This document shows, one piece after another, positions 43,583 to 53,609 of a DNA stretch of 64,000 bases; the stretch's first letter is position 1, and each line of letters starts with the position of its first letter. The stretch is from an uncultured Candidatus Saccharibacteria bacterium (GTDB lineage: Bacteria > Patescibacteriota > Minisyncoccia > Phycocordibacterales > UBA9973), in NCBI GenBank assembly GCA_964441495.1, contig CAYTXV010000002.1, positions 9,168-73,167 of the forward strand. The letters are read 5' to 3'. The notes below the pieces were generated by a model. It worked only from the letters and a program-made list of their open reading frames with translations, was not told the origin of the DNA and did no database searches. A program made the translations under genes and the position numbers.

Positions 43583-46222
43583 ATGAAATATTTTATTCGC
43601 GCAATAGCATTTGTTATTGCAATCATGGCGTTTGGAGTGAGCTCTGCACACGCAGCGCAGTACTATGTTGACTCGACATATACGGGTTCAACATCAAACG
43701 GGGCACTCGCAACTCCATGGAAGACACTCTCACAAGTGCAAGCAGCAGCACTGCAGCCAGGTGATATCGTGAGCTTCAAGCGTGGCACTAGCTATCCTGG
43801 CACTCTTACCATCAACCGCTCTGGTACTGCTGGAAACCCTATTACTTTCAATGCCTACGGTACTGGCGCAAACCCAAGGCTTGTTGGTTCATATGATGCG
43901 ACGACCAATACATCAACGAGTATCACAAAGCTCGTATATGCCTACAATCGAGGCTATCTCACGTTTGACGGTATCGATGTGATCGACCCTGCAATGGATC
44001 CAAACAATCGTACGCTCCAGTCAAAGATTGAGCGGGCGTTTTATATGGATGGTACGACAAACAATGTCATCATCAAAAACTGCAAAATCAGCCTTGTTGG
44101 TGTCGCTATCTATCTGGTTGGCCCTAACAACACTGTAGAGAACTGTACGATCGAAAATCTCCGTATGGTGAGAAACACAAATGATGGCCCACCACCAGGC
44201 AACGATGATGACTATGGTGCAAACCCGCTCGTAATCTCTAGTTCAAATAACAGGATCATCAATAACTATTTCAGTAGTTGTTGGGCACAGTCGTACGACT
44301 ATGGTGTTGACGGTGGGGCAGTAGATATCTACGCAGACAAACCGCTTATCGAAAATAACTTTATCGGATACAACACGTTTGTAGACTGTAATGGTGTTCT
44401 TGAGATAGGTGGAAGTGGTGGAAATACTGTAAACAATACAGTAGTTGCGTATAATAAAGCTATCAATAACGGTTCTACTCTCTATGTAAGTAATTCAGGA
44501 ACCTTCTTGACGTATACAAACAATACACAATTTTATAACAACGTGTTTGTAGAAACAGAACCATATCGTGTTTCTTCAAGTTCGATGTTTGCATTTAAAT
44601 CTGCACCAACAGCTGCAAATAGTTTGGTTTTGAAAAACAACATCATTCAACTTTACGGTACGATCGATGTTGGGCGAAGTCAGTGGTCAACCCCTGGAGC
44701 TCTTGTAAACCAAAACAATGTGTATAAGCTTGGTTCAGGAAGTGTGCTCAACTTTACACAAAGTCCAACTGAAGTCATTACGACAAGTAACTTCTGGACC
44801 AACACTTCTGCAACCGATCCCGCAAGTTGGGATTATCGACCACTTGCAGGAAGCACAATCGTTGATCGCGGTACCAACATTGGGTACACCACAGACTTTG
44901 GTGGTAACAATGTTCCTCAAGGCGCTGCACCAGACGCTGGTATCTACGAATACTCAAGTACAACAACTCCTGACACTACTGTACCAACCGTCTCACTCAC
45001 CGCACCAACTGCAGGTGCAACTGTCTCAGGTACCGCAACAACACTCTCTGCAAATGCAACAGACAATATCGGTGTTGTTGGTGTGCAGTTTAAGCTCAAC
45101 GGTACCAACCTTGGCTCAGAAGACACTGCTGCACCATACACAACCTCATGGAACACAACTACTGTTGCAAACGGTACCTACACCCTCACTGCAGTTGCAC
45201 GCGACGCAGCAGGGAATAGTAGTACCAGTACTGGAGTATCGGTAACAGTATCAAACACTACTGCCGATACTACCGCACCAACAGTAACCTTTACTGCACC
45301 AGCGGCAGGGGCAACAGTTAGCGGAACAGTTTCAGTAACTGCAGACGCAACTGACAACGTCAGTGTTACAAGTGTTACCTTCAACCTTGATGGGCTCCTT
45401 CACACAACCGATACAACTGCACCATATAGTGCAAACTGGATCACTACAGGTATCGGTGATGGTGTGCACACATGGACCGCAGTTGCGCGTGATGCAGCAG
45501 GCAATGTCAGTACAACCGCAACACGAAGCTTTACCGTTAATAATGCAGTAGCTGCAAACCCATCAGTCCCAACAGGTCTTACAGCAACTGCTGTTACTCC
45601 AACACAGATAAATCTTTCATGGAACCCTTCAACAGGTAGTGTTGGTGGATATGAGATTTATCGAAATGGAGTAAATATCACACACACCATCGGTGCTGGC
45701 GCTACTAGTTATGTTGATACTGAAGTACTTGCGTCGACAACGTATACTTATGCTGTGTCTGCATATCACGCATCAACGTCATGGGAATCAGCTCAATCTG
45801 GTGCAGTTTCTGTCACTACCCCAAGCGCAGGAAGTATGTATAAAACAACTGCAAAAGTTAATGTTCGCGCAAATCCGAGTGTCGGTGTTACAGGGACAAT
45901 CCTCGGTACTCAAGCAAAAGGATCAATCGGTACAGTAACCGGTGGACCAGTTAATAACAACGGGTACACATGGTACAAACTCGATTTCCCTTTTGGAGCA
46001 GATGGATGGGTTGCTACAAGAAATCTCGTATTATATTCAGCTGCTCGAACAGCTTCAAGTAGTACAGCTCTTACAGACCCCTCAACGTCAACCGCAAAAA
46101 CAACAGGCAGTACTTCAGTTTCATCACTTGAAGCACTCGAACTCCTTCAACAAGCGTCTCGTTCAACTTCAACCGCGGAAGCACTCCGTTTGATTGAACA
46201 AGCAAAACAGTTGATGCAATAA
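43583..46222 (+). CDS. large secreted multidomain protein: parallel beta-helix + 2 Ig-like + FN3-like + SH3b-like domains
   Basis: 879 aa with a signal peptide. It has beta-helix-type N-rich repeats, two tandem ~95-aa repeats (TAPTAGATVSGT...TAVARDAAGN), an FN3-like segment (PTGLTATAVTPTQINLSWNPS) and an SH3b-like segment (AKVNVRANPS...GYTWYKL). Confidence 0.65.
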   Translation: MKYFIRAIAFVIAIMAFGVSSAHAAQYYVDSTYTGSTSNGALATPWKTLSQVQAAALQPGDIVSFKRGTSYPGTLTINRSGTAGNPITFNAYGTGANPRLVGSYDATTNTSTSITKLVYAYNRGYLTFDGIDVIDPAMDPNNRTLQSKIERAFYMDGTTNNVIIKNCKISLVGVAIYLVGPNNTVENCTIENLRMVRNTNDGPPPGNDDDYGANPLVISSSNNRIINNYFSSCWAQSYDYGVDGGAVDIYADKPLIENNFIGYNTFVDCNGVLEIGGSGGNTVNNTVVAYNKAINNGSTLYVSNSGTFLTYTNNTQFYNNVFVETEPYRVSSSSMFAFKSAPTAANSLVLKNNIIQLYGTIDVGRSQWSTPGALVNQNNVYKLGSGSVLNFTQSPTEVITTSNFWTNTSATDPASWDYRPLAGSTIVDRGTNIGYTTDFGGNNVPQGAAPDAGIYEYSSTTTPDTTVPTVSLTAPTAGATVSGTATTLSANATDNIGVVGVQFKLNGTNLGSEDTAAPYTTSWNTTTVANGTYTLTAVARDAAGNSSTSTGVSVTVSNTTADTTAPTVTFTAPAAGATVSGTVSVTADATDNVSVTSVTFNLDGLLHTTDTTAPYSANWITTGIGDGVHTWTAVARDAAGNVSTTATRSFTVNNAVAANPSVPTGLTATAVTPTQINLSWNPSTGSVGGYEIYRNGVNITHTIGAGATSYVDTEVLASTTYTYAVSAYHASTSWESAQSGAVSVTTPSAGSMYKTTAKVNVRANPSVGVTGTILGTQAKGSIGTVTGGPVNNNGYTWYKLDFPFGADGWVATRNLVLYSAARTASSSTALTDPSTSTAKTTGSTSVSSLEALELLQQASRSTSTAEALRLIEQAKQLMQ

Positions 46223-46232
46223 CTCATATGCA

Positions 46233-46260
46233 AATCACCACCCAGAGATGGGTGGTGATT
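46233..46260. terminator. bidirectional intrinsic terminator between convergent genes
   Basis: aatcaccaccca-gaga-tgggtggtgatt followed by T-rich sequence. Confidence 0.75.
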
Positions 46261-46284
46261 TTGTTTTTGAATATTTGTTTAGTT

Positions 46285-46794
46285 TTATTGAACAGCTTCT
46301 ACAGTACTTGATACTGATGATTTGAGGGTGGTTAAGCTCTCGATGAGGTGTGTACGTACTTGTTTAAGGTTCTCCTCGAGTGTTTCAAGAGATTTTTTGA
46401 GCTCAGTAGTATCCTTTTGATCATCAGTGACAACGAGGGCTGCAAATAGTTCGATGTTTTTCTTGGTAGCGTCGAGCGCAGTCGTTGCAAGGGTAAGTTC
46501 AGTAGTTGCCTTGGTGGTATCCACACCTTTTGCCGTGAGTCGATCTATAGTGAGCTGTGTGCGAGTGATGAGGAGTGCAAACTGTGCTTGTACCGCACGG
46601 AGGTTCTTTTCAAGGAACGCTTTGCGCTGTATGAGTGTCATAGGGACAGAGGCCATATCTGCTTGAGGAGCTGTTTCGGTAGGCGCAGGGGCAGCTACGG
46701 CTACAGGTGTAGCTTTTGTGGTTTCTGCACTTGCTGCAAGAGGAGATCCGAGCGCAAGGAGTGCGATGAGTATATAGACGAGTTTGCGATTCAT
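46285..46794 (-). CDS. secreted helical hypothetical protein
   Basis: 169 aa with a signal peptide (LIALLALGSPLAASA). The remainder is predicted alpha-helical or coiled coil. Confidence 0.5.
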   Translation of the reverse strand: MNRKLVYILIALLALGSPLAASAETTKATPVAVAAPAPTETAPQADMASVPMTLIQRKAFLEKNLRAVQAQFALLITRTQLTIDRLTAKGVDTTKATTELTLATTALDATKKNIELFAALVVTDDQKDTTELKKSLETLEENLKQVRTHLIESLTTLKSSVSSTVEAVQ

Positions 46795-46862
46795 AAGCGT
46801 ATTGTACCCTTAGGTATACCATACAGACGACCAACTGGCTAGAGTGTTACACTGGACTGGAT

Positions 46863-47186
46863 ATGGCAACACGTCCAGAAATAGCCGAATTTATCCTAGA
46901 GAAGCTTACTCAGCAGGTGGGTGAGGGGCGATTTGCAACCCGCAAGATGTTTGGGGAGTATGCGCTCTATGCCGATGGAGTCACGGTGGCACTCATCTGT
47001 GATGATCAGCTCTATGTCAAGATGCTTCCACAGAGCGCCTCGCTTGCGGATATGTGCGAGCAAGACACACCGTTTCCCGGCGCCCGCCCGCACTACCTGG
47101 TGGAGGAATATCAACTCTCGATACTGCCGGACCTGGGAGAGATACTTATCGAAATCGCGAAGGAGTTAGACAAGAAAAAGAAGTAA
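46863..47186 (+). CDS. TfoX N-terminal-domain protein
   Basis: 107 aa with FATRKMFGEYALYADGVTVALICDDQLYVK, typical of TfoX_N. Confidence 0.7.
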   Translation: MATRPEIAEFILEKLTQQVGEGRFATRKMFGEYALYADGVTVALICDDQLYVKMLPQSASLADMCEQDTPFPGARPHYLVEEYQLSILPDLGEILIEIAKELDKKKK

Positions 47187-47304
47187 TATTGAATTTTCTA
47201 TACAAAAATGATACAAAATATCTAACAAGGAAAGTTGTTCTCGTCTACAACTACAAGGCAAGTATGGCATCTTAAGACCATGAACTCGAAGACCTTGTAG
47301 ATAT

Positions 47305-48813
47305 ATGACCAAAACAATCTCACTCAAAAACATATCGCACTCTTTTCTAGAGAGACCAATCCTCGAAGGTGTTTCATTTAAAGTCGACGCGGACGAACGT
47401 CTCTGTATCGTGGGTGATAACGGTACCGGCAAGTCGACCCTCCTCAAAATCATTACCGGTGCAATTGAGCCCAGTAGCGGCACTGTTGCAACTACTGGAC
47501 ATGTGCGCACGTACTATGTTTCGCAGGAGTTTAGCAAAGAAGACGCAGTGCGTACTATAGAAGAATACATACTTGCACACGCATCAGTGACGCTCTACAA
47601 AAAGATTTTTGCCTTTGGTAAAACACTCGGCTTTGATCTTGAGAAAAATACCACAAAAGAATGCGGACTACTCTCCGGGGGACAACAAAAAATTCTTGCA
47701 CTCTCTGTTGGACTTGCTGTTGCACCAGATTTTTTATTACTCGATGAACCAGAAAATCACCTTGATATTGTTTCTCGTCTTGAGCTTGTCAAACTACTGA
47801 AAGCATATCGCGGAGGTGTTCTTTTTGTTTCACACGATCGACTCATGATCGATAGTATTGCAAGCAAGGTTGCCGAAGTGACCCAAAAGAAAGTATTTAT
47901 CTCTGAAGGCGGCTACCAAGACTACATCGACAAGCGGCTCGAGCGCATTGCGGGGCTCCAGCGTGCATATGATCAGGTTACCAAACGTATCAGAGCGCTC
48001 GAAGCGATGCTTCCCATCCTTGAAGCAAAAGCGTTTCGCGGTAAAGATGTGCCGACTTATCTCAAAAGGAAAGCTGAGCTTGTAGAGCTCAAAGCACAAC
48101 AAAAAGAAGAAGGTCGAGCAGACGATCGGCGTACTTCGATCAGACTCCAAAAGAGTACAAGTGATCTTCATAACGGTAAACTTCTTTGTCGTATCACTGA
48201 TGCATCTTTTAAATACGATGATGCTAAGGGTTTCATCTTTAAAGATATTTCAGTCGACATCCGTACCGGAAGCCATATCGTACTCCTTGGTCGCAATGGA
48301 TCAGGGAAGTCAACCTTTCTCAAGGGTCTTACTGGTAACTTGGCACTAAGCACTGGAAGTATGAGCTGGGTAGAAGGTATACAAACGAGCTACTTCGACC
48401 AACATGCAGACTTTGATCCACAGAAGACCGCGCTTGAGGTTGTAACCGAAGCACTTGGTAAGCCTGACAAAGAAAGTCGCGCAGCGCTTGGTGCGATGAA
48501 GTTTGCCTCTGACAAAATGGAGACGTGCACGGGCGAACTCTCGGGAGGCGAGCGTATGAGACTTCGTTTTGCAATCGTATTTGGAAAGAACCCTGACTTC
48601 ATCATCCTTGACGAGCCGACGAATCACCTCGACGAAGTGACCTGGCAGATCCTCCTTGATGCCTGCAACAACACCAAGAGCACCATCCTGCTCGTGACCC
48701 ACGATTACGAATTTATCCAAGAATTCAAAAACAAAACCTTTTGGCTGATCAAAAACCAGACGATAAAGGAGAGACATAAGGATTTGGAGGAATTGATTGA
48801 GGAATTGCGGTAA
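47305..48813 (+). CDS. ABC-F family ATPase (two ABC domains, no TM domain)
   Basis: 502 aa with two Walker A motifs (GDNGTGKST, GRNGSGKST), two LSGG signatures (LSGGQQ, LSGGER) and two Walker B motifs (LLLDEP, IILDEP). Confidence 0.85.
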   Translation: MTKTISLKNISHSFLERPILEGVSFKVDADERLCIVGDNGTGKSTLLKIITGAIEPSSGTVATTGHVRTYYVSQEFSKEDAVRTIEEYILAHASVTLYKKIFAFGKTLGFDLEKNTTKECGLLSGGQQKILALSVGLAVAPDFLLLDEPENHLDIVSRLELVKLLKAYRGGVLFVSHDRLMIDSIASKVAEVTQKKVFISEGGYQDYIDKRLERIAGLQRAYDQVTKRIRALEAMLPILEAKAFRGKDVPTYLKRKAELVELKAQQKEEGRADDRRTSIRLQKSTSDLHNGKLLCRITDASFKYDDAKGFIFKDISVDIRTGSHIVLLGRNGSGKSTFLKGLTGNLALSTGSMSWVEGIQTSYFDQHADFDPQKTALEVVTEALGKPDKESRAALGAMKFASDKMETCTGELSGGERMRLRFAIVFGKNPDFIILDEPTNHLDEVTWQILLDACNNTKSTILLVTHDYEFIQEFKNKTFWLIKNQTIKERHKDLEELIEELR

Positions 48814-48830
48814 GGTGATATATTTGTTAT

Positions 48831-49421
48831 ATGAAAAAAATCGGACAAGGGTGGCAATACTCAGTGTATGATCTTGAAAACGGAAGAGTGTATAAACGAA
48901 AGAATTCTCGATGGGAAGCATATAAAGTTATGTGGCGAAGCACTCTTCCGTTTCCTCCAATATGGAAGTTTGCCAAGTTCTATGATTCAGTAGGGAATGA
49001 AGCAAGAGATTCTTTAAAGAAAATTGAAGAGACATCACTAGATGCAGGTTTATTTGCAAATTCTAAAATACTTTCAAATGGTATAGATTACGAACAAGAT
49101 AAAATAATTCCAATTCAAGATTATTTCCAATCGCACAGCATCGAGGAAGGAAAAGTTGTAATCGATAAGTTTATTGTGTTTGTAAAATTTCTTATGGCAC
49201 ACAATATGGTTGATAAAAGTTTTGCAATCGGAAAAAACTTCGGACTTAATAGTAACGGAGAAGTCGTGCTTTGTGATATAGGTGAGATTTGGTCCGATCC
49301 AGAAAATATTCAAAAATTGATTATGGAAAAAATATGGTCGAAGCACTATGTTGTAAAAATATTTCCAAATAATCACCTGAAAGATTATTTCTTGCAAGAA
49401 ATGGATAAACATTTCAAGTAA
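48831..49421 (+). CDS. hypothetical protein (possibly a minimal kinase-like fold)
   Basis: 196 aa, AT-rich. The N-terminal GQGWQYSVY...VYKRK resembles a G-loop plus Lys, and VLCDIGE resembles DFG. The assignment is weak. Confidence 0.4.
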   Translation: MKKIGQGWQYSVYDLENGRVYKRKNSRWEAYKVMWRSTLPFPPIWKFAKFYDSVGNEARDSLKKIEETSLDAGLFANSKILSNGIDYEQDKIIPIQDYFQSHSIEEGKVVIDKFIVFVKFLMAHNMVDKSFAIGKNFGLNSNGEVVLCDIGEIWSDPENIQKLIMEKIWSKHYVVKIFPNNHLKDYFLQEMDKHFK

Positions 49422-49422
49422 T

Positions 49423-49451
49423 AAAAAACCACTCATCTCGAGTGGTTTTTT
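49423..49451. terminator. bidirectional intrinsic terminator between convergent genes
   Basis: aaaaaaccactc-atctc-gagtggtttttt. Confidence 0.75.
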
Positions 49452-49462
49452 ATTTGCAGGAA

Positions 49463-49993
49463 TTATTTCCCAAACTTTTCTTTGTAGAGCTCTTGGGATT
49501 TTTGGATTGCTTTGAGGGCTTCAGCTTTGTCTCCGATAGAGTCTATAGCTACTTCTTTCTTTTGGATTTGCTTGTAGGTGAGGAAGAAGTGTTCGATCTC
49601 TTTGAGAGTGTGCTTGTTTACATCAGCGAGATCTTGGACATGATCCCAGCGCGGATCTTTCTCGGGGACTGCGATGATCTTGGCATCTGAGTCGCCGTCA
49701 TCGACCATGTTGACGATTGCAACAGGGCGGACTTTGACAAGTACTCCTGGGGCAAGTGCATATGTGGTGAGGACTACCACGTCGAGTGGGTCGCCGTCGA
49801 GCCAGTGAGATTGTGGCATGAAGCCATAGTCAAACGGATAGTCTTGTGATGTGTGCATCGCACGATCGAGCGCGATAAGTCCTGTTTCTTTGTCGATCTC
49901 GTACTTGTTTTTGGATCCTTTGGGGATCTCGATGATGACATTGATGCTGTTTGGGGCATCTTTGCCAGCAGTGATATCGTGGAGGAGATTCAT
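49463..49993 (-). CDS. ppa: inorganic pyrophosphatase (family I)
   Basis: 176 aa from MNLLHDITAGKDAPNSINVIIEIPKGSKNKYEID, with DGDPLDVVVL. The start lies 4 nt after the nusA stop. The track ORF is over-extended. Confidence 0.9.
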   Translation of the reverse strand: MNLLHDITAGKDAPNSINVIIEIPKGSKNKYEIDKETGLIALDRAMHTSQDYPFDYGFMPQSHWLDGDPLDVVVLTTYALAPGVLVKVRPVAIVNMVDDGDSDAKIIAVPEKDPRWDHVQDLADVNKHTLKEIEHFFLTYKQIQKKEVAIDSIGDKAEALKAIQKSQELYKEKFGK

Positions 49994-49997
49994 ATGA

Positions 49998-51191
49998 TTA
50001 TGCGTGTGTTTCGTCTGATATTTCTTCTGTTGATAGCGTTTTGAGTGAGTCGAGAGATTGGAAGTCGTCACCTTCGAGGTTGTCGCCTTCGGTTTCAACT
50101 GGTGCGTCAGAGCCTTTGATGTCTATCTTCCATCCAGTGAGCCGCGCAGCGAGGCGTACGTTTTGTCCACCTTTACCGATAGCGAGGGAGAGCTGGTCAG
50201 GAGTGACTTCGATGGTTGCCTTGTGTTCTTCTTCGCTGAGCTCGATACCGATGACTTTTGCAGGAGAGAGTGATTTTGTCACAAACTCTTCTGGGTCAGG
50301 AGACCATTCGATGATGTCGATTTTCTCACCAGAGAGTTCGTTCATGACTGTTGAGACGCGAACACCTTTCTGGCCGACACATGAGCCGACTGGATCGATG
50401 TTTGCGTCCTCAGTCCATACTGCGATCTTGCTTCGACTACCTGGTTCGCGAGCGATTGATTTGATCTCAACAACACCACTTGCTACTTCAGGAGACTCAT
50501 ATGCAAAGAGTTTCTCAAGAAACTTGGGGTGTGTGCGTGAGATGCGAAGTGTGATACCACGAGGAGATTCTTCGACATGGTAGAGGTAGCCGCGGATACG
50601 TGAGCCCCGAGTGTAGCGCTCACCAGGGATCTGCTCCTGAGGAGGGATGATACCTGTTGCGCGGTTAAAGTCGACGTAGACCATGCCACGTTCAACCTTT
50701 TGGACATAGCCAGAGATGATGTCTCCCTCGCGAGTACCAAATTCATCGAGGATCGAGGTGCGCTCTGCTTCGCGGATGCGCTGCATGATGACCTGCTTTG
50801 CAGTTTGTGCAGCAATACGACCAAAGTCGTCTTTGGGTTCGAGAGAGAACACGATCTCGTCACCGACAACAGCGTTTGCTTTGATGATGCGCGCATCTTC
50901 AAGGAGGATGTGCTTCTCTTCGTTGTAGTGTTCGCGCTCATCTGTTTCGCTTGCTGGTTCTTCTTCGAATCGTACGAGTGTCTCGTCGACAACAGTCTTG
51001 ACCTGTTCAAAGTCGACAGTGCCCGCATCGAGATTTATCTGCGCGCGAACGATCTGTCCCTTTTTTCCGTATTCTTTCTTGTATGCAGCAGCGAGTGATT
51101 GTTCAATCGCATCGATAAGTTTGTCTCGAGCGATACGACGTTCGCTTTCGAGTTGTTCGATTGCTGCTTTGAGTGCTTTGATATCCAACAT
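49998..51191 (-). CDS. nusA: transcription termination/antitermination factor NusA
   Basis: 397 aa from MLDIKALKAAIEQLESERRI, with S1 and two KH domains (GSCVGQKGVRV, AIGKGGQNVRLA). Confidence 0.9.
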   Translation of the reverse strand: MLDIKALKAAIEQLESERRIARDKLIDAIEQSLAAAYKKEYGKKGQIVRAQINLDAGTVDFEQVKTVVDETLVRFEEEPASETDEREHYNEEKHILLEDARIIKANAVVGDEIVFSLEPKDDFGRIAAQTAKQVIMQRIREAERTSILDEFGTREGDIISGYVQKVERGMVYVDFNRATGIIPPQEQIPGERYTRGSRIRGYLYHVEESPRGITLRISRTHPKFLEKLFAYESPEVASGVVEIKSIAREPGSRSKIAVWTEDANIDPVGSCVGQKGVRVSTVMNELSGEKIDIIEWSPDPEEFVTKSLSPAKVIGIELSEEEHKATIEVTPDQLSLAIGKGGQNVRLAARLTGWKIDIKGSDAPVETEGDNLEGDDFQSLDSLKTLSTEEISDETHA

Positions 51192-51310
51192 ATTTGTTAT
51201 TGTTATGTGATTTGTATAAACGAAAGTGCAAGTTATCAACAGAAATGCCCACCTTTCGGCGGGTTGACTCTTGCGTATGCATCATACCATAGCATATACT
51301 TTATATCAAC

Positions 51311-52384
51311 ATGACATATATACGTATACCCCACTCGATCAAGCGCGCATTGTTAGTAGTTGGAAGTTTGGTGATTGCAGGACTTGTTGCAACCAATGTT
51401 GTACTTGCAAGTGCAACTGACAATTTCTTTGGGTATGCGTGGTCAACTAACGTCGGATGGATCAAGGTCAACAACTGTGAAAGTGCAACCGATTGTACCG
51501 GACAGGGATACGGACTTCGTATAGCAACCAGCGGAGGAGATCGCAGGATCACTGGGTACGCATGGTCACCAAATATCGGGTGGATTACGTTCAATACATA
51601 CCCTCAAACCCCATGGGATCCGCGACAGTCAGGAGATACAGACGAGCAAAGACTTGCGCTTCGTTGTCCGGTTAGTACTGGGCCCGATTGTGGTGTATAC
51701 GCCAACTTTGACGCACCTGGAACTGATGCACCGCTCAGGGGCTGGGCTCGCGCATGTTCTGTATATGCCAATAACTGTGATCCTTCTAGAGGAGTTAAAC
51801 CAGATTGGATGCGTGGCGGATGGGATGGATGGATATCGCTCGGAGATACTAATCCTACTGATGGGATAAACTATGGTGTCAAAATCAACAAAACAACTGG
51901 ATCGATGAGCGGATACGCATGGGGCTCTGGTGTTGTTGGGTGGGTAGATTTTAGTGGTGTTTCTAATACAATTATTGATCAGTGTCCTATTACTCCACCA
52001 GCTCCACTCCCAGGAGGTTTTATCAACAACTGTCAAACTTGTAACCCTGGAGACCCTTGTTGGTGTGAAAAGTATCCAGGAGATCCGTTGTGTGTCGCTG
52101 TTCCTCCGTGCCCTAACCCAGTAAACGGTCAGTGTCCAAATGATCCAGGTGATCCAAACGACCCAAACAATCCTCCAGGATGTCCTGGTGGTCCGAGCGG
52201 TGGCCCAACAGGGGGCGGATGTGGTACTGATCAGTGCACAAATATCCCACCAGAATACGAGCCAGCAAACATTCTTCCACCCTATCGCCAGCTCTCCGAC
52301 GGTCGATGTCTCTGCATCCCCGGATATGTACTCAATGCTCAGTATCAGTGCGTCAAACCAGTCTACGTCGAACCAAAGCAATAA
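51311..52384 (+). CDS. secreted protein with GYAW..GWI.F repeats and a Cys/Pro-rich C-terminus (paralogue of the 32247 N-terminal region)
   Basis: 357 aa with a TM/signal. Repeats: FGYAWSTNVGWIKVNN, TGYAWSPNIGWITFN, SGYAWGSGVVGWVDFSG. The C-terminus is a CP-rich region ending in the EGF-like CLCIPGYVLNAQYQC. Confidence 0.6.
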   Translation: MTYIRIPHSIKRALLVVGSLVIAGLVATNVVLASATDNFFGYAWSTNVGWIKVNNCESATDCTGQGYGLRIATSGGDRRITGYAWSPNIGWITFNTYPQTPWDPRQSGDTDEQRLALRCPVSTGPDCGVYANFDAPGTDAPLRGWARACSVYANNCDPSRGVKPDWMRGGWDGWISLGDTNPTDGINYGVKINKTTGSMSGYAWGSGVVGWVDFSGVSNTIIDQCPITPPAPLPGGFINNCQTCNPGDPCWCEKYPGDPLCVAVPPCPNPVNGQCPNDPGDPNDPNNPPGCPGGPSGGPTGGGCGTDQCTNIPPEYEPANILPPYRQLSDGRCLCIPGYVLNAQYQCVKPVYVEPKQ

Positions 52385-52395
52385 TATACACATAT

Positions 52396-52719
52396 ATGCA
52401 AGACATCATCACTCCAACCTCATATCAGACTTCAGTCACAGAGCCACAACACCCCAAGCACAAGACACTCATCTGGGCACTCAGCGCGTTTATACTTCTT
52501 GTGGTAGTTGTCGTACTTGTCATGCAGTACAACAAACGTCCTGCACTAGCTCCACTTTCTCCGCTTGAGCAATTGGAACTTCTGGAAAAATCTTCACAAC
52601 CAGTATCTCTCTCACCTGAACAACAGTTTGAGCAGGTGCGGAAGCTTGAAGCCGTAGGAGGTAGCACGCAATCTTCATCGGTATCTGATAAACTAGAGAT
52701 GCTTAAAAAACTGCAATAA
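52396..52719 (+). CDS. small membrane-anchored hypothetical protein
   Basis: 107 aa from the ATG at 52396 (MQDIITPTS...), with the TM LIWALSAFILLVVVVVLVM. The upstream part of the track ORF overlaps the previous gene. Confidence 0.4.
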   Translation: MQDIITPTSYQTSVTEPQHPKHKTLIWALSAFILLVVVVVLVMQYNKRPALAPLSPLEQLELLEKSSQPVSLSPEQQFEQVRKLEAVGGSTQSSSVSDKLEMLKKLQ

Positions 52720-52724
52720 TAACT

Positions 52725-53588
52725 ATGAAACAATCACTTAAACTTTTTATACTACTTTTGACGATTGGTCTCGGTATGGCCTCTATCGGTAATGCTGCGC
52801 GATACGGTGGCTTCTATACAGAACCGACTCTATCTGCTCCTCCTGGTAACAATGCAGAGGTTGAACCGATTAATACTAGCGAACAGCTTCAAGCAAAAGG
52901 TGGGTCACTTACCGTTACAACATTTGTCAATGAGGGTGGGGCGATTATACAAGGAGAAACCTTTTTCAAAGGATATCTTTATGGTGGGGTACCTTTAGGT
53001 AATACTACTCCTATTGCTTTTGGTGATATTTCTAACCCTACGTCTATTGAGGCAACAGGAACTATCGGTATTGCTTATCCACAACAGGTACCACTAGAAA
53101 GACTGACATTTCAATCAGATACACTCATCCCTCAACAGGGTAGCTGGTCATATGTGTGTGCAGATAGTGAAGGGACGCTAACTACTGACTGTCCAGACAT
53201 GTGTCCAAATATTGATGGAGTACAGCCTACTATTCCTTTAGATATGTCTATCAATCCTCAAACAGGAAACTGTGACCTTGAGCTTACGGTCAACGCCCCG
53301 ACAAGTTGTCAGTATCAAATGATTGCTCGCAAGCTCGATGATACGCATGCGAAGTTTACACTCGAACCAATCGGACAAGATGGTACCCCGTATCTATACA
53401 GTCCAACTACTGGAAGTAATATCATGTCTATAGTTATAAAGTTTGAAAATGGTGCAATGAGAACACTCAGTGCACCCCAAGGGCAAATTGCAAGCTATGA
53501 CTTTGGGGCAGTTACCAATCACATCAGGATACTCGGAGTACTTCCCGGTACCATCAACGGTAGAGAGGTTTGTTGGAGGGGTTATTAA
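52725..53588 (+). CDS. secreted hypothetical protein sharing an N-terminal module with the next two genes
   Basis: 287 aa with a signal peptide, then TEPTLSAPPGNNAEVEPINTSEQLQAKGGSLTV. Confidence 0.5.
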   Translation: MKQSLKLFILLLTIGLGMASIGNAARYGGFYTEPTLSAPPGNNAEVEPINTSEQLQAKGGSLTVTTFVNEGGAIIQGETFFKGYLYGGVPLGNTTPIAFGDISNPTSIEATGTIGIAYPQQVPLERLTFQSDTLIPQQGSWSYVCADSEGTLTTDCPDMCPNIDGVQPTIPLDMSINPQTGNCDLELTVNAPTSCQYQMIARKLDDTHAKFTLEPIGQDGTPYLYSPTTGSNIMSIVIKFENGAMRTLSAPQGQIASYDFGAVTNHIRILGVLPGTINGREVCWRGY

Positions 53589-53609
53589 TTAAACAGTATT
53601 GGTATAACT

